From an uncultured Verrucomicrobiota bacterium (GTDB taxonomy: Bacteria > Verrucomicrobiota > Verrucomicrobiia > CAZIPW01): a DNA stretch of 64,000 bases. The stretch lies in contig CAZIRU010000004.1 of the NCBI GenBank assembly GCA_964541905.1, forward strand, positions 17,588 through 81,587, in the 5' to 3' direction. The position numbers were made by a program, and so were the translations under genes. The notes below the pieces were generated by a model, which saw only the letters and a program-made list of their open reading frames with translations, was not told the DNA's origin and did not search any database. Numbering within the stretch: position 1 is the first letter of the stretch; each line of letters begins with the position of its first letter. This document shows, piece after piece, positions 1 to 9,659 of this stretch.

Positions 1-1
1 G

Positions 2-262
2 AAACCCGCCGCTGAGCTGCCCCCCTTTCCTGTCGATCCCGATGGTGCCGTGCCTGCGGTTGTGATGTTTATTCAGGGCAGGCTTTTGAATGACCCTGTT
101 TCGTATCAAAGTGTGAGTTGGTTCCCGATAGAGAAAAATAAGGCGGGGAACTATGAGGTGCGTCATCGCTTCAAGGCCAGAAGCGCCGAAGGCGAATATA
201 ACGATCCGGCGACCTTGCTTTTTATCCTCAATCCGGAAGGTGTAGTCATAGGCTGCCGATAG
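2..262 (+). CDS. C-terminal end of a hypothetical protein that continues upstream of the window
   Basis: Frame 2 is open from base 2 to the stop at 260-262. The listed ORF 50..262 is only its GTG-initiated tail. No recognisable motif. Confidence 0.3.
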   Translation, partial: KPAAELPPFPVDPDGAVPAVVMFIQGRLLNDPVSYQSVSWFPIEKNKAGNYEVRHRFKARSAEGEYNDPATLLFILNPEGVVIGCR

Positions 263-272
263 ACCGCGTGAG

Positions 273-695
273 TTGGCACGGGAGGTGCTTTTTAGGGAGC
301 GTATGTATCCCCTAAAAGCAAAAACGATTTCTGAAACCTTGGGCGAGGCCGAGGCCAAGCTAAATACCATTCGCGATGGGCTGCGCGGCGCGATTTTGGC
401 CTTGGAGGTCGAACGCCACCAGATTAGCCAAGCCGGAGCCGATGCGCTCGACAATTTGAACGGAATTTTGGGGCTGGGAGTCCTGCTTAACGAGCTTCAA
501 GGCTGCCGCAGCCGCGCCCAAGCGGTTCTGGCAGCTCTGCCGAGCCCCAATAAAGTAGGAGCCAAAACGGCTGCCCGTGTGGCCGCGGTGATGCGTTTGG
601 GCTTTGAGACCGTGGAGCACACTCGCAACATTCAGGCGGAGGTCTATCGGCTTGCGCGGCTAAATTTGCGCTCGGCTTGCCACAAGATGAAATAG
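273..695 (+). CDS. hypothetical protein (140 aa; alternative ATG at 303)
   Basis: ORF with a TTG start and an Ala/Leu-rich helical sequence. No recognisable motif. Followed by a weak hairpin and T-run near 696-731. Confidence 0.3.
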   Translation: MAREVLFRERMYPLKAKTISETLGEAEAKLNTIRDGLRGAILALEVERHQISQAGADALDNLNGILGLGVLLNELQGCRSRAQAVLAALPSPNKVGAKTAARVAAVMRLGFETVEHTRNIQAEVYRLARLNLRSACHKMK

Positions 696-837
696 GGGCT
701 GAAGGCGAAAGCCCGAACGGCCGTTTTTTTGATGGAAGTGCTTCAGCGCGTGAATGAAGGGAGTGTGGTAATGTTTCTCGCTGCTAAATAAGCGGCGTCG
801 TGGGGGTAACTTTGCCTATATGATGCCGCATGAGAGG

Positions 838-866
838 TTGACCCCGGTGCTGTATTTTGAGAGAAT
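838..866 (+). promoter_or_regulatory. candidate sigma-70 promoter of fabH (TTGACC-N17-TGaGAGAAT, extended -10)
   Basis: TTGACC lies at 838-843. TG lies at 858-859, followed by GAGAAT at 861-866. Only 8 nt separate the -10 element from the fabH ATG at 875. Confidence 0.3.
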
Positions 867-874
867 ATTTACTT

Positions 875-1819
875 ATGCAATCGATTGTCATCGCAGGAAT
901 GGGGCATGCGGTCCCCGAAAAGATTTTGAAAAATGAGGATTTTGTAAAAATGGGAGTGGATACTTCGGATGAGTGGATCCGCACCCGGACGGGTATTCAT
1001 GAGCGGCACATTGCCGAAAAGGGCGAAACGCTCTTGCAACTTTCCAAAAAAGCCTCGCTTATAGCCCTGAAAAATGCCCGAGTGGACCCCAAAGAGGTGG
1101 AGCTGATTGTTTTTGCGACGTTGACTCCCGATATGCCGATGCCTTCGATGGCGTGCCTTCTGGGGGATGAGCTGGGGATGAATGGCTGTGGCGCGTTGGA
1201 TGTCTCGGCCGCCTGCAGCGGGTTTATTTATGGTTTGAGCGTTGCCGAGGGCCTCATGCGTGCGCGGGGCTATCGGACGGCGATGGTTGTGGGAGGCGAA
1301 AAGCTTTCGGCCGCCACAGACTGGACGGATCGCAATACTTGTGTGCTTTTTGGCGACGGCGTGGGGGTTGCGGTCCTCAAGGCAATTGACGAGCCCGGCT
1401 TTGGCATTACGGATGCGCTTTTGGGCGCCGATGGAAGCGCCAAGGACCTCCTTAAACTTGAGCATGGCGGCTTTATCCAGATGAACGGCAAGGAGGTTTT
1501 TAAAATTGCCGTCAAGGCAATGGGCGAAGGCTGTGAAGCGCTGCTAAAACGCAACAGCTTGGCCAAAGAGAATATTGCACTCCTCATTCCGCATCAGGCC
1601 AACAACCGCATTATCGAGGCGATTGCGGAGCGGCTCAAGATTCCGATGGAGCGTTTTTTTGTCAACGTTAGCCGCTATGGCAATACGTCTTCGGCCTCAA
1701 TTCCAATTGCGCTTTCGGAAGCCCTGAGCGCTGGAAGGCTCAAAAGGGGCGATAAGTTGGTGTTGGTGGCCTTTGGCGGCGGGCTGACTTGGGGGGCCAT
1801 GCTTTTGAAGTGGTATTAG
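875..1819 (+). CDS. fabH: 3-oxoacyl-ACP synthase III (FabH)
   Basis: The N-terminus MQSIVIAGMGHAVPEKILKNEDF...DEWIRTRTGI, the active-site region ACSGF and the C-terminal GNTSSASIP...GGGLTWG are typical of KAS III. I chose the start at the internal ATG at 875. Confidence 0.9.
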   Translation: MQSIVIAGMGHAVPEKILKNEDFVKMGVDTSDEWIRTRTGIHERHIAEKGETLLQLSKKASLIALKNARVDPKEVELIVFATLTPDMPMPSMACLLGDELGMNGCGALDVSAACSGFIYGLSVAEGLMRARGYRTAMVVGGEKLSAATDWTDRNTCVLFGDGVGVAVLKAIDEPGFGITDALLGADGSAKDLLKLEHGGFIQMNGKEVFKIAVKAMGEGCEALLKRNSLAKENIALLIPHQANNRIIEAIAERLKIPMERFFVNVSRYGNTSSASIPIALSEALSAGRLKRGDKLVLVAFGGGLTWGAMLLKWY

Positions 1820-1856
1820 GTTGCCAGCGTATCGGAGTTTCCTTTATCATTGCTTT

Positions 1857-2900
1857 ATGCGATACCTGTTTTTGGCGTCGATGCTTTTCCTAGCTCTGGG
1901 ACTGTATGCCAATTTTACCTACGATCCGGCCAAGGGCTGGATCTCCGCGGATGGAATGCTTGAGAAACGGCTTGCGGATGGTGCGGAAAATCCGGAAGCG
2001 CTACGAACGATGAATCGGGCCGCCCGCACTTATGCTGAGGGCGAAAAAGAGGATGCCCGCAAGCTTTATCGCGACGTGGTGAAACGCTACCCGACTTCGC
2101 TTCTGGCGCCGGAGGCTTTCTATCAAATCGGACGCATTCGCATTGAACAGGATAAGGTTGATAAAGCGTACGAGGCTTATGGACATATTGTCGGGGAGTA
2201 TCCCGGCTATGCGAACTTTGATGGGCTGCTGAAGGAAATGTTTGAGCTCTCGGAGCGTCTGGGCCGCGAAAAAACGGCGAATTTCTTGGGTGTCTGGAAA
2301 TACCGCGACCGCGAGGCGGCCATCGAAGCTTTCGAGAAAATTGTTTCGGCCGCCCCTTACAGCGATTATGCCCCCAAGGCGCTCTTTTTAATCGCGCGGC
2401 TTTACAAGGAGGAAGGCGAGGAGCTTTCCGCGATCGACGGTTATGAACGGCTGATTAGCGCCTATCCCAACCACCCCCTTGCGCTCGAGGCTTATTGGGC
2501 GCTGGCGGAAACCTATCGCGGCATGATTGCCGGCGCGCCCTACGATCAGGGGGCCACGCAACAGGCTATTCGTTATTATGATGAGTTTATCGCACTCTAT
2601 CCGGACGATCCGCGTGTCGCGGAATCGCGGGGCAAACTCCAGCGCATGCGCGAAATTTACGCCCAGGGCAAGTATGATATGGCGGTTTTTTATCTCAACA
2701 AACGCAATAATTCTGCGGCCGCCGCCAATCTTTGCCAAGAGGTGATTCAGACAGCGCCCGAATCGCCGGTGGCCCAAAAAGCACAGCGTATGCTTGAGAA
2801 GATTTCCGGTCGCAAAGATGGTGACCGCGAAGAAAAACCCGAGGCGAACGCCAAAAAGGATAAGAAGAGTTTTTTGGATCGCCTTCTTTTCTGGAAATAG
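1857..2900 (+). CDS. TPR-repeat outer-membrane assembly protein, BamD/YfiO-like
   Basis: N-terminal signal-like hydrophobic segment (MRYLFLASMLFLALGLYA). Repeated TPR-like units follow (RYPTSLLAPEAFYQIG, EYPGYANF, AYPNHPLALEAYWALAE, LYPDDPRVAES). There is no lipobox Cys, so the BamD call is tentative. Confidence 0.45.
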   Translation: MRYLFLASMLFLALGLYANFTYDPAKGWISADGMLEKRLADGAENPEALRTMNRAARTYAEGEKEDARKLYRDVVKRYPTSLLAPEAFYQIGRIRIEQDKVDKAYEAYGHIVGEYPGYANFDGLLKEMFELSERLGREKTANFLGVWKYRDREAAIEAFEKIVSAAPYSDYAPKALFLIARLYKEEGEELSAIDGYERLISAYPNHPLALEAYWALAETYRGMIAGAPYDQGATQQAIRYYDEFIALYPDDPRVAESRGKLQRMREIYAQGKYDMAVFYLNKRNNSAAAANLCQEVIQTAPESPVAQKAQRMLEKISGRKDGDREEKPEANAKKDKKSFLDRLLFWK

Positions 2901-2913
2901 TGAAAATAACCAT

Positions 2914-3423
2914 ATGAGTAGGAACCATCCCTTGCTTTTTGGCGCGCTCTTTTGCGCGGTGGCTTTTGCCGGTTGCGCCCATTATCAACTCGGCACCTCA
3001 GAGGAAAAGCCGCTTTATCACAGCATCTCTTTTGCGCCGGTCAAAAATAATTCCTTCGCGCCGCAGATCGACACACTGCTTTCGGATGCGCTTTTTCGTT
3101 CCTTTGCGCGTGGTGGCGGCATGGCCGTCGAGGCCCAAGGCGGCGGCGAGGTCGTTTTGCAGGTTGTCATCAATGATTTCCAGAAGCTTATCGGCGCCTA
3201 TTCTTCGGAGGATACCGGTCGCGCACGAAGCTTGGTCATGATTATGAACGCGACGGTGAGGCTTTCGACGCCGGAGGGCGTGGTGATTTATAGCGAGGAA
3301 TTTGAGGCGCGGCACGAAACTTATGCCGATAGCGGTTTGGCCCTCGCGGAAAATCAGGCGATGCCCCAGCTTGCCGAGGATCTGGCGCAAAAGATTTATC
3401 GCACGGTCGTTGCGGTGTGGTAG
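2914..3423 (+). CDS. lipoprotein, LptE-like
   Basis: Signal peptide with lipobox (AVAFAGC). Size and beta-rich sequence resemble LPS-assembly lipoprotein LptE, and the gene sits next to the BamD-like gene. I chose the start at ATG 2914. Confidence 0.4.
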   Translation: MSRNHPLLFGALFCAVAFAGCAHYQLGTSEEKPLYHSISFAPVKNNSFAPQIDTLLSDALFRSFARGGGMAVEAQGGGEVVLQVVINDFQKLIGAYSSEDTGRARSLVMIMNATVRLSTPEGVVIYSEEFEARHETYADSGLALAENQAMPQLAEDLAQKIYRTVVAVW

Positions 3424-3433
3424 GAGAGCGCTG

Positions 3434-5542
3434 TTATTGCTGCTCGGTGGTTGTCCACTTGAGACTTAGCACTTGGAATTTGCGTTGCGTTTCTCCTGTG
3501 GCGAGGCGTTGCACAAGCGCCTCAAGAGAAGCTTTCGCGTTTTGGTGTTCGCCGTAGGCGCGAACAAGAAAGGTGTCGCCGCGACTTTGCAAAAGCGCGC
3601 TTGTGCGGCAAAAAACATCTTCCGGCAAAAGACCGTTTTCCAAGGCGTTGTCGGCGGTGAACTCGCTTAGGGACATCCAGGGTTTGCCGCGCGCGCGGAG
3701 CTTGGCGGTAATTTTTGATGCGCATGCGGCTGCTTGTGCGTCGCTAAAAGCTGTCTCTGCGCCGCCTAGAAATTCGAAGGTGTAGCGCTTGCGGGGCAAG
3801 ACGGCTGCCCAAGCTTCTGTGTCTGCGGTATTTATGTTGAAGGCGCCGCGCAAAAGTAGCGTTTGCGCCGGAGTCGCGCGCAATTGTAAAAGCGGTTTAT
3901 CCATTGGCGCCCTCAAATTCGCGTTGGGCAGTGGCAAGCCTTGGGCGGGATACCAAAGCGACTCATCCGCGGGCAGCGTGCTAAAAAAGTATCGGTCGAA
4001 AAGCGCGTTTGCCTCTCCCGCCGCCGCCGTCCCCAAAGAAAGCGGAGGTGTATCGGCGAAACCTTTGTGGCGCAAGGGGCCTATGCTGACCGTATTACCG
4101 ATGGGCAAATCGAAGCGTACATCGCTGGCACCATCACGGTAAATGCCGCCGGAGACAAAATTTGTTTGAGAAAAATTGTTTTTGGCAACGAAAGGATCCG
4201 AATCGAAGAGGTAATGATCGGTTGTGCAGGCGAGCAGGGACGCGCGCGGATCGGTCGTTTTTATCATTTCATCAATGTTCTCGCGTAGCCTTAAAGCGAA
4301 GGCCCATTGCGCTTGCGAGACGGTGTTGTAATTTTCAAATTGGTAGGCGGTCAGGATGTTGTAGGGAAAAGTCTGGCTTGCGCTTGAGGTTGTAAATCCG
4401 TCGAGCGTCTGGACGTCTTGGCCCTCGAGGGTTTCAAAAATGAATTTCCAGTTGCCGGCGCCGATCGTCACGAGTACTTTATCGGCACTCGCGTATGCCT
4501 GAGTGGAAATCGGCAGCATCCGGTAATGCGTGATGAAGCGCACTTCTCCTGGCGCCATGCTGCCATAGAGATCGACGGCTTGTGGGGCAGAAAGCGTGTG
4601 AGACGTGAGGCTCAGCGTAAGAGGAGCGCCCACCTGCGTGCCGGTTGAGTCGAGAAACTTGAGCGTGATGCTCGGCCCTATAAGGCGCAGTTGCAAATCT
4701 TGAGTCCCTCGGGCATTGAAGGGGAGGGCCCGCGTATAGGGGTTCCACGCGTTGGCCCAAAAAGCGAGCCCGAGTTGAGGGATCCCCGTGCCATCGTGAT
4801 AGACGCCCATGAGCATTGCCATCCGCGCCCAGATAAGCGGCCGCGAGATTTGAAAATTGCCGTCAGCCAGCCAGCTCAAAATAGCTGTGGCCTCTGAATT
4901 GCCCGTTGAGGAAAGCGTCGAGAAATCCGTTTTGAGGCCGCCCTCAAGGGGATTACTAAGGACGCCAAAGCTCGTCTGGGTCTTTTGCGATTCTTCAAGG
5001 GCGTCGGCGAGCGGCACAAAAACAGTCTGCCGCCGCAAGCGCTCGATGTCGTCGCCAAAAGCCGAAGAGAGGCTCTCAAGGGTATCGGTTTTTACACTCA
5101 CGCGCTCGGAAAGATCTTCTATCGCGTAGGCGTAGGCCGCGCCGTTGTGCTCAACGCGTGGCGCACACCAGCCCTGCGATAGCGAAACAGCCGCTTGGAT
5201 GCTCGGGTCGCCCGTCCCTGAGACAAGCCAGATGGGCGCGCTTGCGCCGGCCTTCCAAACGCCTGACCAGTTGCCATTGGGGAGGTCCTCGCCAAAGAGC
5301 GCTGCGCCTGCCGTCGCGGAGGTATCGCCGGAAGCTTCCGCCTGCAATTGCGCGCAGGCCACATCGAGCGCATAGAGCGCTTGCGCCCGCGCGAGGGTGT
5401 AGCTGCGCTGCACGGAGGCGTCATTGTGACGTACAAGAGCCGCGCTTAACATGACCGCGCCCGCAATAACAGCCGAGACGAAGAGCGCCACGACCAAAAT
5501 AAAGCCACGGCGCGGCGCGGCGCTTCGGTAGCCCAAAGACAT
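3434..5542 (-). CDS. large GspK-like minor pseudopilin (type II secretion / type IV pilus-like)
   Basis: The N-terminus RRGFILVVALFVSAVIAGAVMLSAAL, followed by ARAQALYALDVA, resembles the GspK N-terminus. The C-terminal FNINTADTEAWAAVL resembles the GspK INxNTA helix-hairpin-helix motif. I chose the start at the Met 1 nt downstream of the preceding stop. Confidence 0.45.
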   Translation of the reverse strand: MSLGYRSAAPRRGFILVVALFVSAVIAGAVMLSAALVRHNDASVQRSYTLARAQALYALDVACAQLQAEASGDTSATAGAALFGEDLPNGNWSGVWKAGASAPIWLVSGTGDPSIQAAVSLSQGWCAPRVEHNGAAYAYAIEDLSERVSVKTDTLESLSSAFGDDIERLRRQTVFVPLADALEESQKTQTSFGVLSNPLEGGLKTDFSTLSSTGNSEATAILSWLADGNFQISRPLIWARMAMLMGVYHDGTGIPQLGLAFWANAWNPYTRALPFNARGTQDLQLRLIGPSITLKFLDSTGTQVGAPLTLSLTSHTLSAPQAVDLYGSMAPGEVRFITHYRMLPISTQAYASADKVLVTIGAGNWKFIFETLEGQDVQTLDGFTTSSASQTFPYNILTAYQFENYNTVSQAQWAFALRLRENIDEMIKTTDPRASLLACTTDHYLFDSDPFVAKNNFSQTNFVSGGIYRDGASDVRFDLPIGNTVSIGPLRHKGFADTPPLSLGTAAAGEANALFDRYFFSTLPADESLWYPAQGLPLPNANLRAPMDKPLLQLRATPAQTLLLRGAFNINTADTEAWAAVLPRKRYTFEFLGGAETAFSDAQAAACASKITAKLRARGKPWMSLSEFTADNALENGLLPEDVFCRTSALLQSRGDTFLVRAYGEHQNAKASLEALVQRLATGETQRKFQVLSLKWTTTEQQ

Positions 5543-5543
5543 C

Positions 5544-5951
5544 TTACGCGGCGCCCCGGCGGCGTTTTTTTGGTAGGAAGGGTTTTTCAAAAGCATCCGC
5601 AAAAGAGTAAACCTCCTTGAAGTCCTCAATCGAATCTTTTTCTGTTTTGCCTAGAACCCCATGCGAGACAAGATTGAAAATGATAGCCCCCACGTCCATG
5701 GTTTCGGTAAGTCCCCAGCTTTGCAGTACCGTTGCGCTCATGGGGCCGAATTGCTCAAGGGCGTAAGTGCGAAAGCCCTCCAGAAGCTGCGCACCGCTTA
5801 TATGTCCGACAGGGCGTTTGGCTTTTTTGGAAATTGACTGAACCGTTGTGTCGAGCGCCTTGCGGACAAAATAATACGCGTTTTTCGAATAACGAGGATC
5901 GTCATGCAGGATCTCGTCAATGACTTCGGAAAAATCGCGCGATTCGGCCAT
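5544..5951 (-). CDS. conserved hypothetical ~135-aa protein (resembles a family I recall as restricted to Planctomycetes and Verrucomicrobia)
   Basis: The sequence DPRYSKNAYYFVRKALD...HISGAQLLEGFRTYALEQFGPM...IIFNLVSHGVLGKTE matches my memory of that family. Not verified by a search. Confidence 0.45.
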   Translation of the reverse strand: MAESRDFSEVIDEILHDDPRYSKNAYYFVRKALDTTVQSISKKAKRPVGHISGAQLLEGFRTYALEQFGPMSATVLQSWGLTETMDVGAIIFNLVSHGVLGKTEKDSIEDFKEVYSFADAFEKPFLPKKRRRGAA

Positions 5952-5966
5952 GAAGGAGAGGGCGTT

Positions 5967-7427
5967 TTAGCCGATAAGTTTTTTGAGGATTTCGTCCAAG
6001 AGCGCCGGATTGGCCGAACCCTTGCTCGCTTTCATGACATAGCCTTTGATGACATTAAGAGCGCCGAGCTTACCCGCCTTGTATTGGGAGAGAGCCTCGG
6101 GGTTCTTCTCGATAGCCTCTTTGGCGAGCGTTTCCAGCGCACCAGCGTCCATCGAGGCTTTATAGCCGCGCTCCTTGATGATGACCGTTGCTGTTTTGCC
6201 CGTCGCGTACATTTCTGCAAAAACCGCCTTGGCGTTTTGCGTCGAAACACTGCCCTCGTCGATGATTTTGACCAGCTCCGCAATCGCCTCGGGGGTGATT
6301 TTCACTTCCTCCAAGGGCGTGAGTCCATCGGGGCTATTGGCGGCGCGCTCGCGCAGAAGGTCGTTGGCCACAAAGTTGCCAATCCCCTGCGGGTTCTTTG
6401 GATACGCTGCGACAGCCTTTTCAAAATAGTCGCACAAATCTTTGTCCGGCACCAGCACGGCCGTTTGAGAGTAGGGCAGCTTCCATTCGCCTTGATAACG
6501 CTCCTGCTTTTTCCAAGGCAACTCGGGAAGCTCATTGGCGAGGCGAACTTTCGTCGCCTCGGCAATCCGCACCGGCATCAAATCGGGATCCGGAAAATAA
6601 CGATAGTCATGGGCCTGTTCCTTCGAGCGCATCGAAAAAGTGGCCTGCTTGCTGGCGTCCCAGCGGCGGGTTTCCTGAGAAATTTTCTCACCGCGTTCCA
6701 CGGCGGCCACTTGTCGGCGAATTTCAAATTCGAGGCCATTGCGTACCCCCGTGATGGAATTGAGATTTTTGAGCTCGACCTTGACGCCAAGTTCTTTTTG
6801 TCCCACCGGACGCACCGAAACGTTCGCATCGCAACGCAGCTGTCCTTTTTCCATGTCGCAATCGCTGATGCCGGCGTAAAGCAAATGCATCCTTAGGGCC
6901 GTCAAATATGCAAAAGCCTCATCGGGGGTGTGCATATCCGGTTCGCTTACAATTTCAATAAGCGGTACGCCCGCACGGTTAAAATCGAGGAGACTATCGA
7001 CTCCCAGGTGTGTCGATTTGCCCACGTCCTCCTCCAAATGGATGCGTGTAAGTTTTACCACCCGATGGGGGCCCATCACGCCGCGCGAAGGGCCGGGCAT
7101 CTCGATTTCAACGCCCCCTCCGAGGCACAACGGCTTGTCATATTGCGAGATTTGATAATTCTTGGGCAGGTCAGGGTAGAAATAATTTTTGCGGTCCCAT
7201 TTGCAAACTTCCGCAATCTGGCAGCCGAGCATAAGCCCCACCTTGACCGAGCGCTCAATTGCCTGGTGATTCATGACGGGCAGCGTCCCCGGGAGCGCAA
7301 GCACGCGTGGGTCGGTAAGGGTATTGGGCTCCTCGCCGTAGCGATTGGCCGCGCGCGTAAACATTTTCGAGTCGGTTTTAAGCTCGACGTGAACCTCTAA
7401 TCCAATGACTGTTTCGTAATTTGCCAT
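5967..7427 (-). CDS. gatB: Asp-tRNA(Asn)/Glu-tRNA(Gln) amidotransferase subunit B
   Basis: The N-terminus MANYETVIGLEVHVELKTDSKMF, then RCDANVSVRP, and a C-terminal YqeY-like tail. Confidence 0.95.
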   Translation of the reverse strand: MANYETVIGLEVHVELKTDSKMFTRAANRYGEEPNTLTDPRVLALPGTLPVMNHQAIERSVKVGLMLGCQIAEVCKWDRKNYFYPDLPKNYQISQYDKPLCLGGGVEIEMPGPSRGVMGPHRVVKLTRIHLEEDVGKSTHLGVDSLLDFNRAGVPLIEIVSEPDMHTPDEAFAYLTALRMHLLYAGISDCDMEKGQLRCDANVSVRPVGQKELGVKVELKNLNSITGVRNGLEFEIRRQVAAVERGEKISQETRRWDASKQATFSMRSKEQAHDYRYFPDPDLMPVRIAEATKVRLANELPELPWKKQERYQGEWKLPYSQTAVLVPDKDLCDYFEKAVAAYPKNPQGIGNFVANDLLRERAANSPDGLTPLEEVKITPEAIAELVKIIDEGSVSTQNAKAVFAEMYATGKTATVIIKERGYKASMDAGALETLAKEAIEKNPEALSQYKAGKLGALNVIKGYVMKASKGSANPALLDEILKKLIG

Positions 7428-7438
7428 GCGCGTAAAAG

Positions 7439-8899
7439 TTAAAGTTTTGCCTCCTTGAGACCCAGGTGATGCTCTTTGTCAAAGGCATTTGCTACTGCAA
7501 AAAGTCGCGTTTCCTTGAAGGGTTGACCGATCAGCTGCACGCCAATAGGCAATTCTGTTTTTGTAAAGCCGCAGGGCACCGAAATGCCCGGCAAGCCGGC
7601 CAAATTCACGCAAATCGTGTAAATATCGGAAAGATACATTGCTATCGGGTCGTCGGACTTTTCGCCAGCCTTGAAGGCGGCAGTAGGCGCTGTCGGGCAA
7701 ATGACGGCATCGACCTTTTCAAAGGCTTTCATGAAGTCGTTGCGAATGAGCGTGCGCACCTTTTGCGCCTTGAGGTAATAGGCGTCGTAATAGCCCGAGG
7801 AAAGCACAAAAGTCCCCAAAATGATGCGGCGCTTGACCTCCGGCCCAAAGCCTTCCGCGCGGGTTTTGTAATAAAGATCAAGCGCATCGGTCGCGTGCGG
7901 CGAACGGTGGCCGTAACGTACGCCATCGTAGCGCGCAAGATTGGAGGATGCCTCGGCGGTTGCAATGGTGTAATAAACAGGGATGGCCAGCGAGGTTCGT
8001 GGGAGTGAAATATCGACGATTTTGTGGCCTTGTTTTTTGTAAAAATCAACCGCCGCTTCGACGCTCGCTCGCACATCGCTGTCGAGTCCTTCTCCAAAAT
8101 ATTCCTTGGGAAGCCCTAGTGTAAAAGGCCCCTTCTCGGCAGCCATGCCTGCACGATAGTCTGGCACCTCCGCGGGGAACGAGGTGGAATCAAGAGGGTC
8201 TTTGCCTGCGAGCGGCTGTAAAAGCATGGCCGCATCCTCAACCGTGCGCGCAAAGGGCCCAATTTGGTCGAGAGAAGAGGCATACGCCACCAACCCATAA
8301 CGCGAAACAAGCCCGTAGGTGGGCTTCATCCCAACGACTCCACAAAGCGCGGCCGGTTGGCGAATCGAGCCTCCCGTGTCGGAGCCCAAGGTCATTGGAA
8401 GCATTCCGGCAGCCACGGCCGCCGCCGAGCCGCCCGAGGAGCCTCCCGGAATTCGCGAGAGATCCCAAGGATTTTTCGTCGTCTTGAAAGACGAATTTTC
8501 GGTCGAAGAGCCCATTGCAAACTCGTCCATATTGAGCCGGCCAAAAATAATTGCGCCTTGCGCGCGCAAGCGGACAATGGCCGTTGCATCGTAGGGCGAG
8601 ACGTAGTTTTTCAAAATCTGGCTTCCGCAAGTCAGCGACTGGCCCTTGACCGCGATTACGTCCTTGATACCCACGGGAAGGCCATCCAGCGGCCCAAACG
8701 CCTGACCTGTGGCGCGACGTTCGTCGCTGGCCCTCGCCTGCGCCAGCGCGTCCGTCTCGTCATAGCGCAAAAACGCATCGACCTTGGGCTCAACAGCCTT
8801 GATGCGTTTCAAATACGCCTGTATGAGCTCAACCGAAGAAATTTCCTTTTTTTCGAGCTTTTGCGAAAGGGTCGTGGCGGGGGTACAAAGCAAATCCAT
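7439..8899 (-). CDS. gatA: Asp-tRNA(Asn)/Glu-tRNA(Gln) amidotransferase subunit A
   Basis: Amidase signature GGSSGGSAAAVAA and downstream GSDTGGSIRQPAA. 486 aa, immediately downstream of the S51 peptidase and upstream of gatB. Confidence 0.95.
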   Translation of the reverse strand: MDLLCTPATTLSQKLEKKEISSVELIQAYLKRIKAVEPKVDAFLRYDETDALAQARASDERRATGQAFGPLDGLPVGIKDVIAVKGQSLTCGSQILKNYVSPYDATAIVRLRAQGAIIFGRLNMDEFAMGSSTENSSFKTTKNPWDLSRIPGGSSGGSAAAVAAGMLPMTLGSDTGGSIRQPAALCGVVGMKPTYGLVSRYGLVAYASSLDQIGPFARTVEDAAMLLQPLAGKDPLDSTSFPAEVPDYRAGMAAEKGPFTLGLPKEYFGEGLDSDVRASVEAAVDFYKKQGHKIVDISLPRTSLAIPVYYTIATAEASSNLARYDGVRYGHRSPHATDALDLYYKTRAEGFGPEVKRRIILGTFVLSSGYYDAYYLKAQKVRTLIRNDFMKAFEKVDAVICPTAPTAAFKAGEKSDDPIAMYLSDIYTICVNLAGLPGISVPCGFTKTELPIGVQLIGQPFKETRLFAVANAFDKEHHLGLKEAKL

Positions 8900-8947
8900 A
8901 GATTCTAGTTTTAAAGCCTCCTTCCGTTGCTGGCAAGGACGGAAACA

Positions 8948-9598
8948 TCACCTCAAAGCGGTAATTTTTCTTTTAACCCCATTGCGGAAGGAGAAAACAA
9001 CGCCACCGACAATAAATTTCTTCTTGGCGCCGACATCAATAAATATCGCCGAGTTCTCCGGCAACCCCAATATTTCCACATCCAACTCCTTCGCCAAAGC
9101 CAAAAGTCTTTCATCGGCCGAAGGCTCATAATGGCAATCCAACACGCGATTTTCCAAAAAATTGAGGCCATCTTCGCGGGTATAATTTTCTTTTTCGGCT
9201 CCCGCCGTTCGAATATTCTTTCCGAAGATGATGGCGCCGGCGCTGCCACCATAAACAAGACCGCCGCGACTGATATATTCAGCCAATTTTATCCCCAAAG
9301 GCGTTGATTGCACATAATCAAGCAACCGATAAGTATTCCCGCCTCCTATATAAAGGGCATCGAAATCTTCAAGTTCGGGAATTCTCTCATCGCGTTGCTG
9401 CAAAACAAAAGTTATATCGTCGTCTCTGTTATGCTTGGAAAGCAAAGTTGAAAACCAGCCGCGACAAGAATCGAATTTATCGCTACTTCTAGCCTCTGGA
9501 ATATAAAGAATTTTGGCGCCTTTTTTGAGGAAAGCAAAATACCTTTCGTCCACTTCAAAACTCACCTCCGCATTTCCGCCGCCTGACAATATAAGCAT
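8948..9598 (-). CDS. peptidase S51 (dipeptidase E-like) / type-1 glutamine-amidotransferase-like protein
   Basis: MLILSGGG...YIGGGNTYRLLDY...GGSAGAIIFG is the S51 nucleophile-elbow pattern. The gene is inserted between gatC and gatA. Confidence 0.6.
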   Translation of the reverse strand: MLILSGGGNAEVSFEVDERYFAFLKKGAKILYIPEARSSDKFDSCRGWFSTLLSKHNRDDDITFVLQQRDERIPELEDFDALYIGGGNTYRLLDYVQSTPLGIKLAEYISRGGLVYGGSAGAIIFGKNIRTAGAEKENYTREDGLNFLENRVLDCHYEPSADERLLALAKELDVEILGLPENSAIFIDVGAKKKFIVGGVVFSFRNGVKRKITALR

Positions 9599-9659
9599 AT
9601 TTTTTAATTTTCAGCCGTCCAAAGCGCATTATAACTTTTGATTTTGCGTTTTGCGAAGG

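Noticed and set aside
5904-6896. Long ORFs antisense to, or out of frame with, well-supported genes. Examples are 5904-6896(+), 10752-11705(+), 12604-13362(+), 26027-26983(-), 40933-42042(-), 47283-48257(+), 53350-54381(+), 55105-56004(+) and 59775-60593(+).
   Set aside because: Each overlaps a gene with clear family motifs (gatB, ddl, phoH, fliL/fliM, flgI, the UPF0104 protein, the bEBP, MATE, MCE). Their translations are Arg/Gly/Ala-rich low-complexity sequences, typical of shadow ORFs in GC-rich DNA.
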